NCBI RefSeq assembly: GCF_964188315.1 | Contig: NC_135670.1 | Location: forward strand, 11,408,001 to 11,472,000 | Length of the DNA stretch: 64,000 bases | Origin: Podarcis muralis | Taxonomy: Eukaryota | Direction: 5' to 3' | In this document: one piece after another, positions 48,191-59,563 of the stretch | Position numbering within the stretch: the stretch's first letter is position 1 | How the letters are laid out: the number at the start of each line of letters is the position of its first letter | The notes under the pieces: model-generated | Seen by the model: the letters and a program-made list of their open reading frames with translations, nothing else | Told to the model about the DNA's origin: nothing | The model's database searches: none | Program-made: the position numbers and the translations under genes

Positions 48191-48524
48191 AAAGGTACCC
48201 CTGCCCGTACGGGCCAGTCTTGACAGACTCTAGGGTTGTGCGCCCATCTCACTCAAGAGGCCGGGAGCCAGCGCTGTCCAGAGACACTTCCGGGTCACGT
48301 GGCCAGCGTGACAAGCTGCATCTGGCGAGCCAGAGCCGCACACGGAAACGCCGTTTACCGTCCCGCTAGTAAGCGGTCCCTATTTATCTGCTTGCACCCG
48401 GGGGTGCTTTCGAACTGCTAGGTTGGCAGGCGCTGGGACCGAGCAATGGGAGCGCACCCCGCCGCAGGGATTCGAACCGCCGACCTTTCGATGAGGCTTT
48501 TACCCACAGCGCCACCCGCGTCCC
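48191..48524 (-). mobile_element. Sauria SINE (second subfamily, internal deletion)
   Basis: TSD gtgaacttgta. Confidence 0.9.
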
Positions 48525-48599
48525 GTGAACTTGTACTGTGTGTCAAATAAAAAAACAACTCCAAAGGGGTCTTGCGGCACCTGAAAGGTTAACAAGGTA

Positions 48600-49670
48600 A
48601 TGAATAATGCAACAGCGAGTGGGAGGGACCCGCGGCGGAGCGGCCGGCCGGGCGATTTGAGAAGCGAAGGGGCGGGCTCATGCCGCGGGATCCAATCAGA
48701 AGCCTCGGTGGTGATAGCGCTCTGCGAGACGGGGGAGTCAAGCGGGATCCAAGATGGCGGCGGTAGCCGCGGAGAGGTGAGAGCCGGGCTCACTTGTGGG
48801 GTGGCGGCTGTGGGGGGAGGGCTGTTTTCAGAATGGCTTCCCTCCCTCCCCACCGAAGACCACCAACTCTTCATTCCTCCTGAATGACCCTTCAACTTCC
48901 GGGGCTCCCCTTCAGCCCCCGCTCCCTTCCCACCGTCGCCTTATTCCCGCCCTCCAGCCCCACATGGTCTCCCCGCCCCCATTGTGCTTCCACGTCGCTT
49001 CTGGAAGTGACCTCCTTCCCTCAGGGCGCCCCACAGGTGCGCGTGCTGCTCCTTGCCCCGCATCGCCAGCCCCTGCTCACCCAGCCAGCCCATGGTCCCC
49101 GAATCCCTTGCAGGACCCCTTTCCATTTCTGCACCCCCCACAAGCCCCTTCTAAGGCTTGCAGACCCCTTACAATGCAGCCACCTGCCTGCACGTCTGTC
49201 TACCTGTGCTGTGCGCAAACCATGCATTTAAAACACCCAGTGCAAAGAATCCTGGGAGCTAATTTACCCTGTCAGGGATCTACAATTCCCAGCGCCCTTA
49301 ACCAACTGCACTTCCCTGTATTCTTAGAATCACATAATTGTACAGTTGGAAGGGACCCTGACAGTCATCTAGTTCCGCTCCTTGCAATTCAGTTGGTCAT
49401 CTAGTCCAACCTCTGGCCACCCCCAATTCTTTGGGGAGAGCCGTGTACTCTAAATGTATAGTGTGGATGTGATCCATCTCTGCAATTATTTTTTATTATG
49501 AGACAGGTAATCCAATATCTCCATTTGACAGACCGAGTTCAAGAGACACTGGCCCAGGACCCCCAAACAAATCCGTGGCTGCACGGTGATTTTGAATGCA
49601 GTTTCTGATGGGCATCTCCTTTAGACATGAGAACAGGATGTTGGACTAGATGGACCTTTGATCCAGCAGG
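48600..49670 (+). other. Segmental duplicate of the GANAB promoter, exon 1 and intron 1 start (partner 59370-60390); exon ATG 48754 to donor after 48776 (MAAVAAE+AG)
   Basis: Direct sequence match to 59370-60390, near-identical in the core. Confidence 0.9.
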
Positions 49671-50651
49671 ACTTTTCTTATGTTCATATGTTGTATTCCA
49701 CTGGTCCGTCTAAAACAGGGTCCCTACCACCCACTAGTAGGCGTTTCAGGATTCTAGGTGGGCAGTAGGGGGTTCTATGGCACAAGCTGAACCCTCCTTC
49801 CATTGAGCACTGGTGGGCGGCAAGGAAATTTTACCATCGAAAAAGATGCATTAGTGGGCGGTAGGTATAACAAGGTTGACTACCCCTGGTCCAAAAGAAG
49901 TCATAATGACACCTTTCAAATTACAGGCCCAAAGCCTGTGTGTAAAGTTGCCCCCACACCTTTTGATTTTCAGAATTATTTTTAAATAGTGTAAGTCAAC
50001 GAAATGTATATTCCTACCCCATTTGTTTCCCCGTTTGAGGCCCTTGAGGTCAGGGATCTGTTTTGTTACTCTGCCGCCTGCTTCTTTCCCTTCCTGGTTA
50101 ATTGATTACTGTCTTTTGTTTTCCCTTGTATTTGTACAGAAATCTGAAAGGACTGGTATAAACCGGGGGGGTGGGGGGGTGGAGGGTGAGAATGTGTCAT
50201 GCACTTTCATGATGGTGATGATGATGATTAATGATAATACTAAAAACAGATCATGTAATTAAAAAAAACCTGTTGGGCTTTTAAGGTGCCACAATTTTTC
50301 TTCTTTTTTTAACAGGTGACACATACACCTCAGTTTTGGCAACTGCCCTGTAAAAGAAGCAAAAAACCATTCTGACTGGCAATTGGCAAGTCAAGGCAAT
50401 TGAGGAACGCTCCTCCGGCCAAAGCAGAGTGACACGGCGCTTGCCTTCCATGGGTGCCAAGCTTTATAACGGAAAGTGGAACGCTAATCTGAAGGGACGG
50501 CAGGCCTGCACGGAACTATTTTCCAAGGGGGCCCTTTCTGTGTGCTGTTTGTATGCTTCCCTCAACGCCACTCAACCGCGCGCAGGCGCAGAAGGGAAGT
50601 AGGGGGGACAAAGGGACTGGTTCTTCTGCAGCTTTTCTCCCCCTGGGCGGT

Positions 50652-50740
50652 ATGTCTGCTCTGTGCGATCCCCCAGGGGTGGCAGGGCATCCGGGGTCCA
50701 CCCCCAGCCCCAAACCAGCAGCTGCTTCTCCATCGCTCAG
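50652..50740 (+). CDS. INTS5: INTS5 exon 1 (MSALCDPPGVAGHPGSTPSPKPAAASPSL)
   Basis: MSALCDPPG as in human INTS5; phase 2 donor gtactg; NRF1-like gcgcaggcgca upstream. Confidence 0.9.
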
Positions 50741-51937
50741 GTACTGATTCTCTTACCTCTTCTCTCTCCTCCCTGCCACCTGTAAGGGACTAGGACACCC
50801 CCTTTACGCTGGCACCACCCAGTCCCTTCATCTTTGTACAGAGGGTGTGTTGATGGTCACTTGCTCTGGTGGCTCTGGAAAGGAATAATTACGCTTGTGA
50901 CATTTTACAGAGGTCCCTGCCTCAAAGAGCATGCAGTCTAAAATCCGAAGAGAAGTGGTAGCAGGGAGGGTTAACACAGGGAAAGCATATGTACCATTTA
51001 TGTGCATTTTGGGTGAAGTTGCGGCTACTATTGTGCACAGCAACGGGGGTTGGACTAGATGACCCGTGGGGTCCCTTCCAACTCTGCAAATCTATAAGGC
51101 TTGTTGGGAAATTCAGAAGTGACAGATAGGGTGCCTTGGGATGGGAAATAGGACTGGAGGCAAAGCATCTGCTTTGAGCTCAGAAAGTACTAGGTTCTGT
51201 ACCCAGTAGCATCTCCAGGCAGGGCTGGGAAGAACTGCCTGAAGCCCTGGAGCTACTGCCAGTCAGTGTAACCAATACTGAGCTAGATGGAGAAAGGATC
51301 TGACTTGGTATAAGGGAGCTTCCTATGTTAACATGCTGGATCAGACTCAGGGCTAATAATTACAGAATAATTTTTGAAAGGAAGCTCTCACCACTGGACA
51401 ACTTTCCCCTACCCTGGTCATGTTTTTCTTGTGAAAAGACACATGCATAAGTTCAAATATTTAGCAAATCACATTTTAAAGCAAATTTTAAAAATCATTA
51501 ACACCAGCCATCGTTTATAAAGTGGACTGTGAGCTTATGAATTAAACAGAACACTTTTTCAAGCTGGATAGGGGGGGGGAATTGAAAAGAGAGAAATGCC
51601 TCTGTGGGAACACATGGCGATAAACCTAGTTTCTGTTGTGAGATGGTAATAGAGTAAAGCAGGCATAGGCAAACTCAGCCCTCCAGATGTTTTGGGATTA
51701 CAACTCCCATGATCCCTAGCGAACAGGACCAGTGGTCAGGGATGATGGGAATTGTACTCTCAAAACATCTGGAGGACTGAGTTTGCCTATGCCTGGAGTA
51801 AGCCCTTGCAAGCAAATTAAGGCCCCACCTGTACTACACATTTAAAGCAGTATCATACCACTTTAAAACAGTCTTGTTTAGGAACATTGACCCAGGAATG
51901 ATGCTATGTTTCCTTCTTTTTCCTTTGCCTCCTGCAG

Positions 51938-54746
51938 TTCGCAAGAGCTGGCCCAGGAAATCAAGGCCTTCCTTAGTGGTGTAGACCCTTTGCACGGCAA
52001 CAAACTCACCCTGAAGGAGCATGCCCGATGCGCCATCCTGCTGCTGCGCAGTCTGCCACCTGCTCGCAGCGCCGTCCTGGACCACCTCCGGGGTGTCTTT
52101 GATGAGTACGTGTGCACCTACTTGCTGGACCTGGAGAGCAGCGAGGGTGGGCTGGGCTCCATCCGCTCCCAGGGTCCCAACCTGGACGACGTGGTGCAAG
52201 AGATCCAGGCCGTGCTGTCCGAGTTCGTCCGCATGAACCCCAAGGCGTGGGCAGGCTTGGTCTCGGCCTGGTCCATCGACCTGATGGGACAGCTGAGCAG
52301 CAAGTATGCTGGCCGGCATGGCGTGCCCCACGCCAGCAGCCTCAACGAGCTGCTGCAGCTGTGGATGTCCTGCAAGGCGACTCGGACGCTGATGGAGATC
52401 TACACGCAGTGCCTCTCCTCCATGATCAGCACCTGCCCGGACGCTTGCGTGGACGCCCTGCTGGACACCTCGGTCCAGCACTCTCCGCACTTCGACTGGG
52501 TGGTGGCCCACATCGGCTCGTCCTTCCCCAACACAATCATCAACCGCGTGCTCTCCTGCGGGCTGAAGGACTTCTGCATGCACGGCACGGCCTCGGCCGA
52601 CCTCCTCCTCTTCCCTAGCGCCACAGCGGCAGACAAGAGGGTGCCCAAGATCGCCTCGGTGGTGGGCATCCTGGGCCACTTGGCCTCCCGCCACTCCGAG
52701 AGCATCAGGCAGGAGCTGCTAAGGATGTTCCATGGGAGCCTGGGCCCCACGCGGGACCAGCAGCAGAAGGCCACTGTGCCCTTCTTGCTCCAGCTGGCCG
52801 TCATGTCTCCCACTCTGCTGGGCACCATCTCGGCCGAGCTGGTGGACTCCCTCAAGCCAGGCGTGCTCAACCAGCTGCACCAGCACTTCGCCTCGCTCCC
52901 TCGGGAGGACCTGGAGAACATGGTCAGCATCGTGGTGCACCTCATCTGCCAGACATCGGGAGGAGCTTACCGCACCCTGCAGTTCCTCATCAACACAGCC
53001 ATGCCGGCTTCTGTCATCACCACCCCAGGCCTGGCCGTCCACGACAGCGTGCGGGAGGCTTGCGACCGTGTCATCCAGCTGCTGCTGCTCAACCTCCAGA
53101 AACTGGTGTACAACCGGGGCTCGGCCAGCTTGGCGGAGGCCCCTCCGCGGCCGGTGCCTTTCCTGGACGAGCTGAAGGGCCACGTGCGGGAGCTGTGCGT
53201 GGAGACGCTGCGGCTGGAGAGGAAGAGGTTCCTCTGGCAGCACCAGCTGCTGGTCCTCCTCTCCGTCTACTGCACCCCCAGCTGCGCCAGCGAGGCCCTC
53301 TTCTTTTTGCTGACGCTGGCCAAGAGCCAGGAGGAGCTCAGCCTGGCCACTCAGCTCTACGCCGTGCTCAGCTCTTGCATGAGCGACCTGCTGCCGGCCA
53401 CCGTGAAGAAGTGCGTGTGCCAGATCCACGCTGGCGGCCTCTCGGAGCAGCACATGGCTCAGCTCTTCCAGAACCTGGCCTTGATCATGCAGAGGGAGAG
53501 TGAGGGCCCCGCCTCCATGGGCCACCAGCTGGGTGAGGCTGTCGCGGCGCACCTCTATGACTTCGGGCAGCTCCTGCTGCACTGCAACCCAGAGGTGGCC
53601 CAGGTGGCGGCCTTGCTGCTCTCCGTCTGCCCCATGCCAAAGGCCATCCGGCCGGCTCACCTCCTTTTCCTCATCCGCTCGGCCGTCCACCACTTCTTCC
53701 TAGTGCTGCGCTGCAAGTGCCCCACGGGCATCAGCTACGGAAGCCGCCTCCTCTGCTGCCTCAGCGGGGCTTCGCCCACCGCTGGCAAGGCCATACTTCA
53801 GTACCTGGTGGAGGGGGCCCTGCACCCAGGGAACGCCGAGCTCTTTGGTGGGCTGCCCGAGCCTCCTGCAGTCGGGAACGACCCTGCCGCCCTGGAAGGC
53901 ACCAAGGTCTCCCTGCTGGATATCAACCGGCGATTTATGGCCGCGGTGAACTTCTCGGGGAGTGTGTGGTCTGTCTTCCATGCCGGCGTGATTGGGAGGG
54001 GCCTGAAGCCGCCCCACGCCCCCTACCAACGAGAGCCGGAGGAGGTCTCCCACAACGTCCAGACCTTCCTGGGGTTGCTGCTGCGGTGCTGCGGAGCTGA
54101 GCGCTGCAGCCCGGAGCCCTCCCAGCACGCTGCCGTCAGCCCCGAGGCGGCGAAGACGGTGGCGGTGGTGCTGGTGGAGACCGTCTGCCCTGACATCACC
54201 AACAGCGAGTTGGCGTGGCCTCCGGAGGAGCACACCCGCAACACAGTGGAGCGGGATATCCAGATCGGGAGGGCTTTCCGCGACAACCCCCTGCTCTTCC
54301 AGCTGCTTAGCCTGGTGGCGGCGGGGAGGCCGGCCCTCTGTTACTGCTCGGTGCTTCTCCGCGGCCTCCTGGCGACTCTGATGGCGCACTGGGAGGCTTC
54401 GCGGGAGAACGACACCACCAGCTCCCCCTGGCACCTGCAGGCCTCCTGCGCCCTGGTGGCCTGCATGGGCGAGGGCCACCTCCTCCCGCCCGTGCTCAGC
54501 AACATGCATGAGATTTTTGACCAGCTGGCGCCCTTTGAGGTCCACCTCTTGCTCCTCAGCGTCTGGGACTACATGCGCGACAACAGCCCGCTGCCGCAGA
54601 AGTTCACCTTCAACGCTGGCACAGGACTCTTCTTCCGGGACTTCAGCAGAGACACCGACATTGGCAAATACCTTTGCGTTCTGCACAGCGTCCTGCATAA
54701 AAACATTGACCGGCTGGGGTTGCTCTCGGGGCGCTTCCAGATCTAG
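51938..54746 (+). CDS. INTS5: Integrator complex subunit 5, large exon 2; 965 aa in total
   Basis: [46 protein letters not shown] motifs; two-exon structure as in human. Confidence 0.97.
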
Positions 54747-56906
54747 CGCCCCTTTTGGTGCTTTTGCCCTGTGGGATTGGTCAGCCCGCCTGCCACTGTC
54801 AGGGGAGGGAACATCCTGCCTTTCTGCCTTTTTAAAACTCTGCTTTTGATTGTAAGCAAAGGGGAAACTGTCATATGACTTGTCCAGGTGTGCAGCAGTT
54901 GGGGGTTGTCATGAGAAAGAAGGAACAGAAGGTCCTTCTTTCCCAGGCCTCATCTCTATCCTCAGCTTCAATGCAATGCCACCCCAGCTGGTGTTGGCAG
55001 CTTAGTTTGCAGAAGGACCTACGAAGTGTGAGCTGAAAATGCAGTTGTAAGCCATGAGATGTTGCTTCAAAAACACAACATGCAGCAAGTAGAGAAGTTG
55101 CCAGGATGACCTGGCACTTGAGAGGGTCAGAGGCCTCGGTTAAAGCCAGATGGTACCAGTATGGACACAGTCTTGTGTACTCTGCTGTGTGCCATGTGAT
55201 ATGGCTGTCAGTGTCAGTTGACATGGCCATATCCAGGTAGCCTGAGGGCCGAATGCCTGAAACTTTTGCATTTCTCTATCTTGTTTTTCCAGATCTGTTA
55301 GCTCACTTCCTATGGTCCTATATGGCTGGTTTCTCAATGTCTTGCTATGATCTGGAAATCTGTTAAGATTCCCACGGAGGTTACAATCGCTGAGCAGGTA
55401 CACATTCCTAAATGCACAAGAATGGGGAGGGGACAAGGAAGGAAAATTTGGTGAATAAATTCTGGTACAAACCACCCCTCCCCGCAAAAAAACCCAAACC
55501 CATTTCCCTGTAATAAAGGACAAATAGATTAAGTAATAATCACTTACTGGGCTGCTTGGTTGGTGAGTGGGTATAAGAATGTGCAAATATTTCTAGTTAC
55601 ACAGAGCTGGTGAAATGTTGCCCTTCTGAAGAGCTCTGCATAACTTGGAAGACTCATGTTTCTGGGTTATGCAGAGCTCTTCTGTGGGCCCAAAATGCAA
55701 ATGCTTCAACACGAGCAGGGCCCAGTCAGTACTGCCTTGCTTGACGTGAGAGTGTTTTCCCCAGACTGCTTCACTAAAGTAAGGATTTGGGCAGGTGAAG
55801 CCTTTTGCCTGTTGGGCTGCTTCTTAGAGTGGCTCTGAGCTGGCCATTGATTGCCCCCTACTACAATTCCTGTGATGGGGGTTTGCCACATGGGGTTGTA
55901 GCCAGCTAAGTCCTATTCATTGAAGCTTTGATTTCAGTGGGCCTTCTCTGAGTAGCACTTGGATACAACACTTTGCATAAACAGATGTGGCCAGCTTATC
56001 TTACAAAACAGAGGGCTCTTCTCCAGAAGGTTTCTGATGCTGTTGTGTGGGAACAACTGACCATAATGCCAGAACTTGCCTAAACTTATCCATGCATACT
56101 TGAGCACCGATCTATATAGCCAGTCCAAAGAGAGATGTCCCCCTATTGGTACCAGAGCTCCGCTTGTGTGTGACAAGAGTCCTGCTTGACCTCTTTGTGC
56201 CTAAATGCCGTCTGGGCAATTACTACTTTCCTTTTCAGGGACGATTCAAGTGCTACAAAGAGGTCATGTGTAGCACGGGGTTCTTGCTGTCAGTCATTTT
56301 CAGCAGGGCTGGAGGGTTGCTGGCCTTTCTGCTTTTGCATCATCACAGCCCAGTTGGGTGGTTTTTGTGGGAGGTGATGGGTTAAACCGTTTTCTAAATA
56401 ATAAAAAAAGTGAAGAAGGAACTTCTGTCCCTTTGCTTTTTCAGTTAGAGACAGAGGGCTAAGAGAATTTCCATCTGGATGGCGAAATAAGCAGTTGCAA
56501 CAATGTGGTTGAGCAAATTTCAATTTCTTTTTTAAAAAAGGAAAAGGAGCTTATATGACTCTGCAGCTGGCTTGGCATACAAAGAGCAGCTCACACAGCA
56601 CTGGCACTTTTATCCAGAAAGAGTGTTCCTGCAAATTCTTTGTCATTTGTAAAAAATCATCATCATAATTAAATGACAAATTCCAGCCAACGAAAGAACA
56701 CCAGCGGCCTTCCACCTGGGTTTGCTCAGGGGTTTAGGAAGCCAAAGAAGATCAGTGCAATTTTGTGATCTGCGGTTAGAATCAGTGCTGTTTCAAAAGG
56801 TTCAGTCTGCCATCTTGATTTAAAAAACCTGTCCAAACACAGAGAAAAACTTGTTCCTTGATCTCGGGAAGCATTGTGCAAAATTTGGTTATGGTATTTT
56901 AAGAGG

Positions 56907-57489
56907 TGTTCAAAATGCAGAGCGAGCCAGCAGTAAATCACACTCTGCAAGTTGGAGTTAACTCTTTATTAGCAAAAACACAATCTGCACAGGAGTGTCA
57001 GGCCTAATGAGCAACTCATCTCCAGTAGATGTTGCCTCCATGAAGCAGCTGCTGAGACTAAAGGTCCCCGCCTCCCCACAGCTGCCTACGTCCCCTCCTC
57101 TCCAGGGTTTTCCCCAAGCAATTGGCGATGGCGACTATGCGTCACCAATCCTTTCTCCACCCTTTTCATGTCTCTTCTGGTTCTGGGAGGCAGGGAGGAG
57201 AGCTTGTCGCAGCAGGAGTGGGAGACACCCTTGACCTCTCTCCTCCCACCCTCCTGCTTCAGCTTCTGCCTCTGATTCCAGACTTCTCTCTGACACAGAC
57301 TCTCCAGCTCACTAGGCCCTGTTACCTCTTCGGCTTCTGACACCTCCTCTTCCCAGTCTTCTCCTTTGGGCTACTACTCATTGTTATCCCACCACCACTC
57401 CCCATTCGCCAAGTTCTGATCCTTCTCCCCTTGGTGCTTCTCCATCTGGTTTCTCCCGCCATTCCTTTGTGTCCAGCCAGTCCATAACA
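56907..57489 (-). mobile_element. Degenerate Gypsy-like solo LTR
   Basis: Starts TGTTATGGAC; AATAAA about 60 nt before an AACA end; purine-rich acidic frame; no TSD recognised. Confidence 0.5.
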
Positions 57490-57525
57490 ACAAAGAACTG
57501 TCCAAAATATGTAGTAGATATGCAT

Positions 57526-57874
57526 AAAGGTAAAGGGACCCGTGACCATTAGGTCCAGTCGTGGCCGACTCTGGGGTTGCGGCGCTCATCTCGCTTTACT
57601 GGCCGAGGGAGCCGGCGTACAGCTTCCGGGTCATGTGGCCAGCATGACTAAGCCGCTTCTGGCGAACCAGAGCAGCACACGGAAACGCCGTTTACCTTCC
57701 CGCCGGAGCGGTACCTATTTATCTACTTGCACTTTGACGTGCTTTCGAACTGCTAGGCTGGCAGGAGCAGGGACCGAGCAATGGGAGCTCACCCCGTCGC
57801 AGGGATTCGAACCACCGACCTTCTGATCAGCAAGTCCTAGGCTCTGGTTTAACCCACAGTGCCACCTGCGTCCC
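57526..57874 (-). mobile_element. Sauria SINE
   Basis: Full length; TSD agtagatat(g/a)cata. Confidence 0.9.
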
Positions 57875-59537
57875 AGTAGATATACATACATACATACATA
57901 CATACATACATACAAACAAACATATAAGAACCCTGCTGCATCAGGCCATTGTCTCATCGAAGTCCAGCCTCCTGTTCACACTGACTGATCAGATCCCTCG
58001 CAGGAGGACAGAGTGCTGTTGTGCTCATGTCCTGCTTTCAGGTTCTCCACAGGCTTCTGGTTGGCCACTGAGAGAACAGGATGCTGGACTAGATGGGTCA
58101 ATGGCCTGATCTAGCGGGTGTGTCTTACCTTCTTAAGACATTCTTACCCAGGGATGTGTTGCCCTCCAGGTGTCATTGGGCTTTAGCTCTCATCAGCCCC
58201 AGGCAGCACAGGCAACAGGGAAGTTGCAGTTCCAGAGCACCTGGAAGGCCACAAGGTCACCTCAACTCTAACCACTACACCACACTGCCTTTCTTGATAG
58301 CTTAGAATTCAGTGCGGCTTTTACCATGTCAAACTTATTGGCAGCAGCTCTGTAGGGTTTAATTCGGGGTAAATTCTTAGCCCTACATGGAGACACTAAT
58401 GACTGAATTATTGGGACCTTCTGCATGCGAAGCAGGTGCTCTGCTGTTGAGCTATGGCCCTCTCGCCATCGCCAGCTACCTGATCCTGTTAACTGATGAC
58501 TGGTGCCATATCCACACTGTACATTTAAGCCGCATGGCTTCCCTTGAATAATAATGGGAACTGTAATTTAAGGGTGTTGGGAATTGTAGCTCCTAAGGAT
58601 AAACTGCAGTTTCCAGGGTTTGGGGTTGGAGAAGCCACGACTGTTAAAGGGGTAGGTCTTTAGCTTTTAAAAATTTTATTTGACTAAATCAGGGGTCTGC
58701 AACCCGCGGCTCCGGAACCGCATGTGGCTCTTTTACACCTTTGCCGCAGCTCCGGGGCGGATACTAGCGAGGGGAGGAGGCGCATTGTGCGCCCTGACAC
58801 TCCCCACTGTGGCGGGCGCTGCCCGCTGTCAGATCGCGGCTCCCAAGATATATTTGTTTTAAATGTCACAATGGTTTTGTGGCTCCCAGTTTTTTTTTTC
58901 TTTCGGAAACGGGTCCAAGTGGCTCTTTTTGTCTTAAAGGTTGCAGACCCCTGGACTAAATCATTCGAAGGGAGATGTGTGTTGGAATAAAAGAGGATAT
59001 ATACAGCCCCAAATGAACAGAGTTTGGGGCATTGCGGTGGGGGACAGCTGGCTTCTCGTTTTTGGCTAGATGAACACACATCCTACTGCTCACTTTCTAA
59101 GATTTCAGAAAGGGGCCAGGACCAGTCCAAGACTCCTTTCTCAGAATCGGATCCCTGACGTTCATTTCCCCCAGGACGGGACCCAGGCGTTCGAGTTTCC
59201 TATCTCACAATAGGATCCAGGCACCGAAGCTTCGTGTCATCATGATTTCCCAGAATGGGACCCAGGCGTCCGAGCACTGCCTGCCCCCATCCCCCGCTCC
59301 CGGGAAACGTGCCTTTGCCGCCGTGCCTTAGCGGCCTCCGGTGTACGCACGCGCCGGGAAAGCCCGCTCATGAATAATGCGACAGCGAGTGGGAGGGACC
59401 CGCGGCGGAGCGGCCGGCCGGCCGATTCGAGAAGCGAAGGGGCGGGCTCATGCCGCCGGATCCAATCAGAAGCCTCGGTGGGGACGGGGTGGGGCAGATA
59501 ACCCTCGGCGGGAGGGGGGAGTGAAGCGGGATCCAAG

Positions 59538-59563
59538 ATGGCGGCGGCGGCAGCAGTAGGGAG
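59538..59563 (+). CDS. GANAB: GANAB exon 1 (MAAAAAVG+AG)
   Basis: aagATGG Kozak; gtgaga donor; phase 2 joins exon 2; CpG promoter with CCAAT and GC box. Confidence 0.8.

Noticed and set aside
51834-54698. Long antisense and alternative-frame ORFs over INTS5 (286, 324, 332 aa and others)
   Set aside because: Shadows of a GC-rich coding exon; no recognisable domains
31896-54746. Functional clustering of INTS5 with its U2 substrates
   Set aside because: INTS5 and a U2 gene share 11q12.3 in human too, and Integrator acts in trans; proximity alone gives no mechanism
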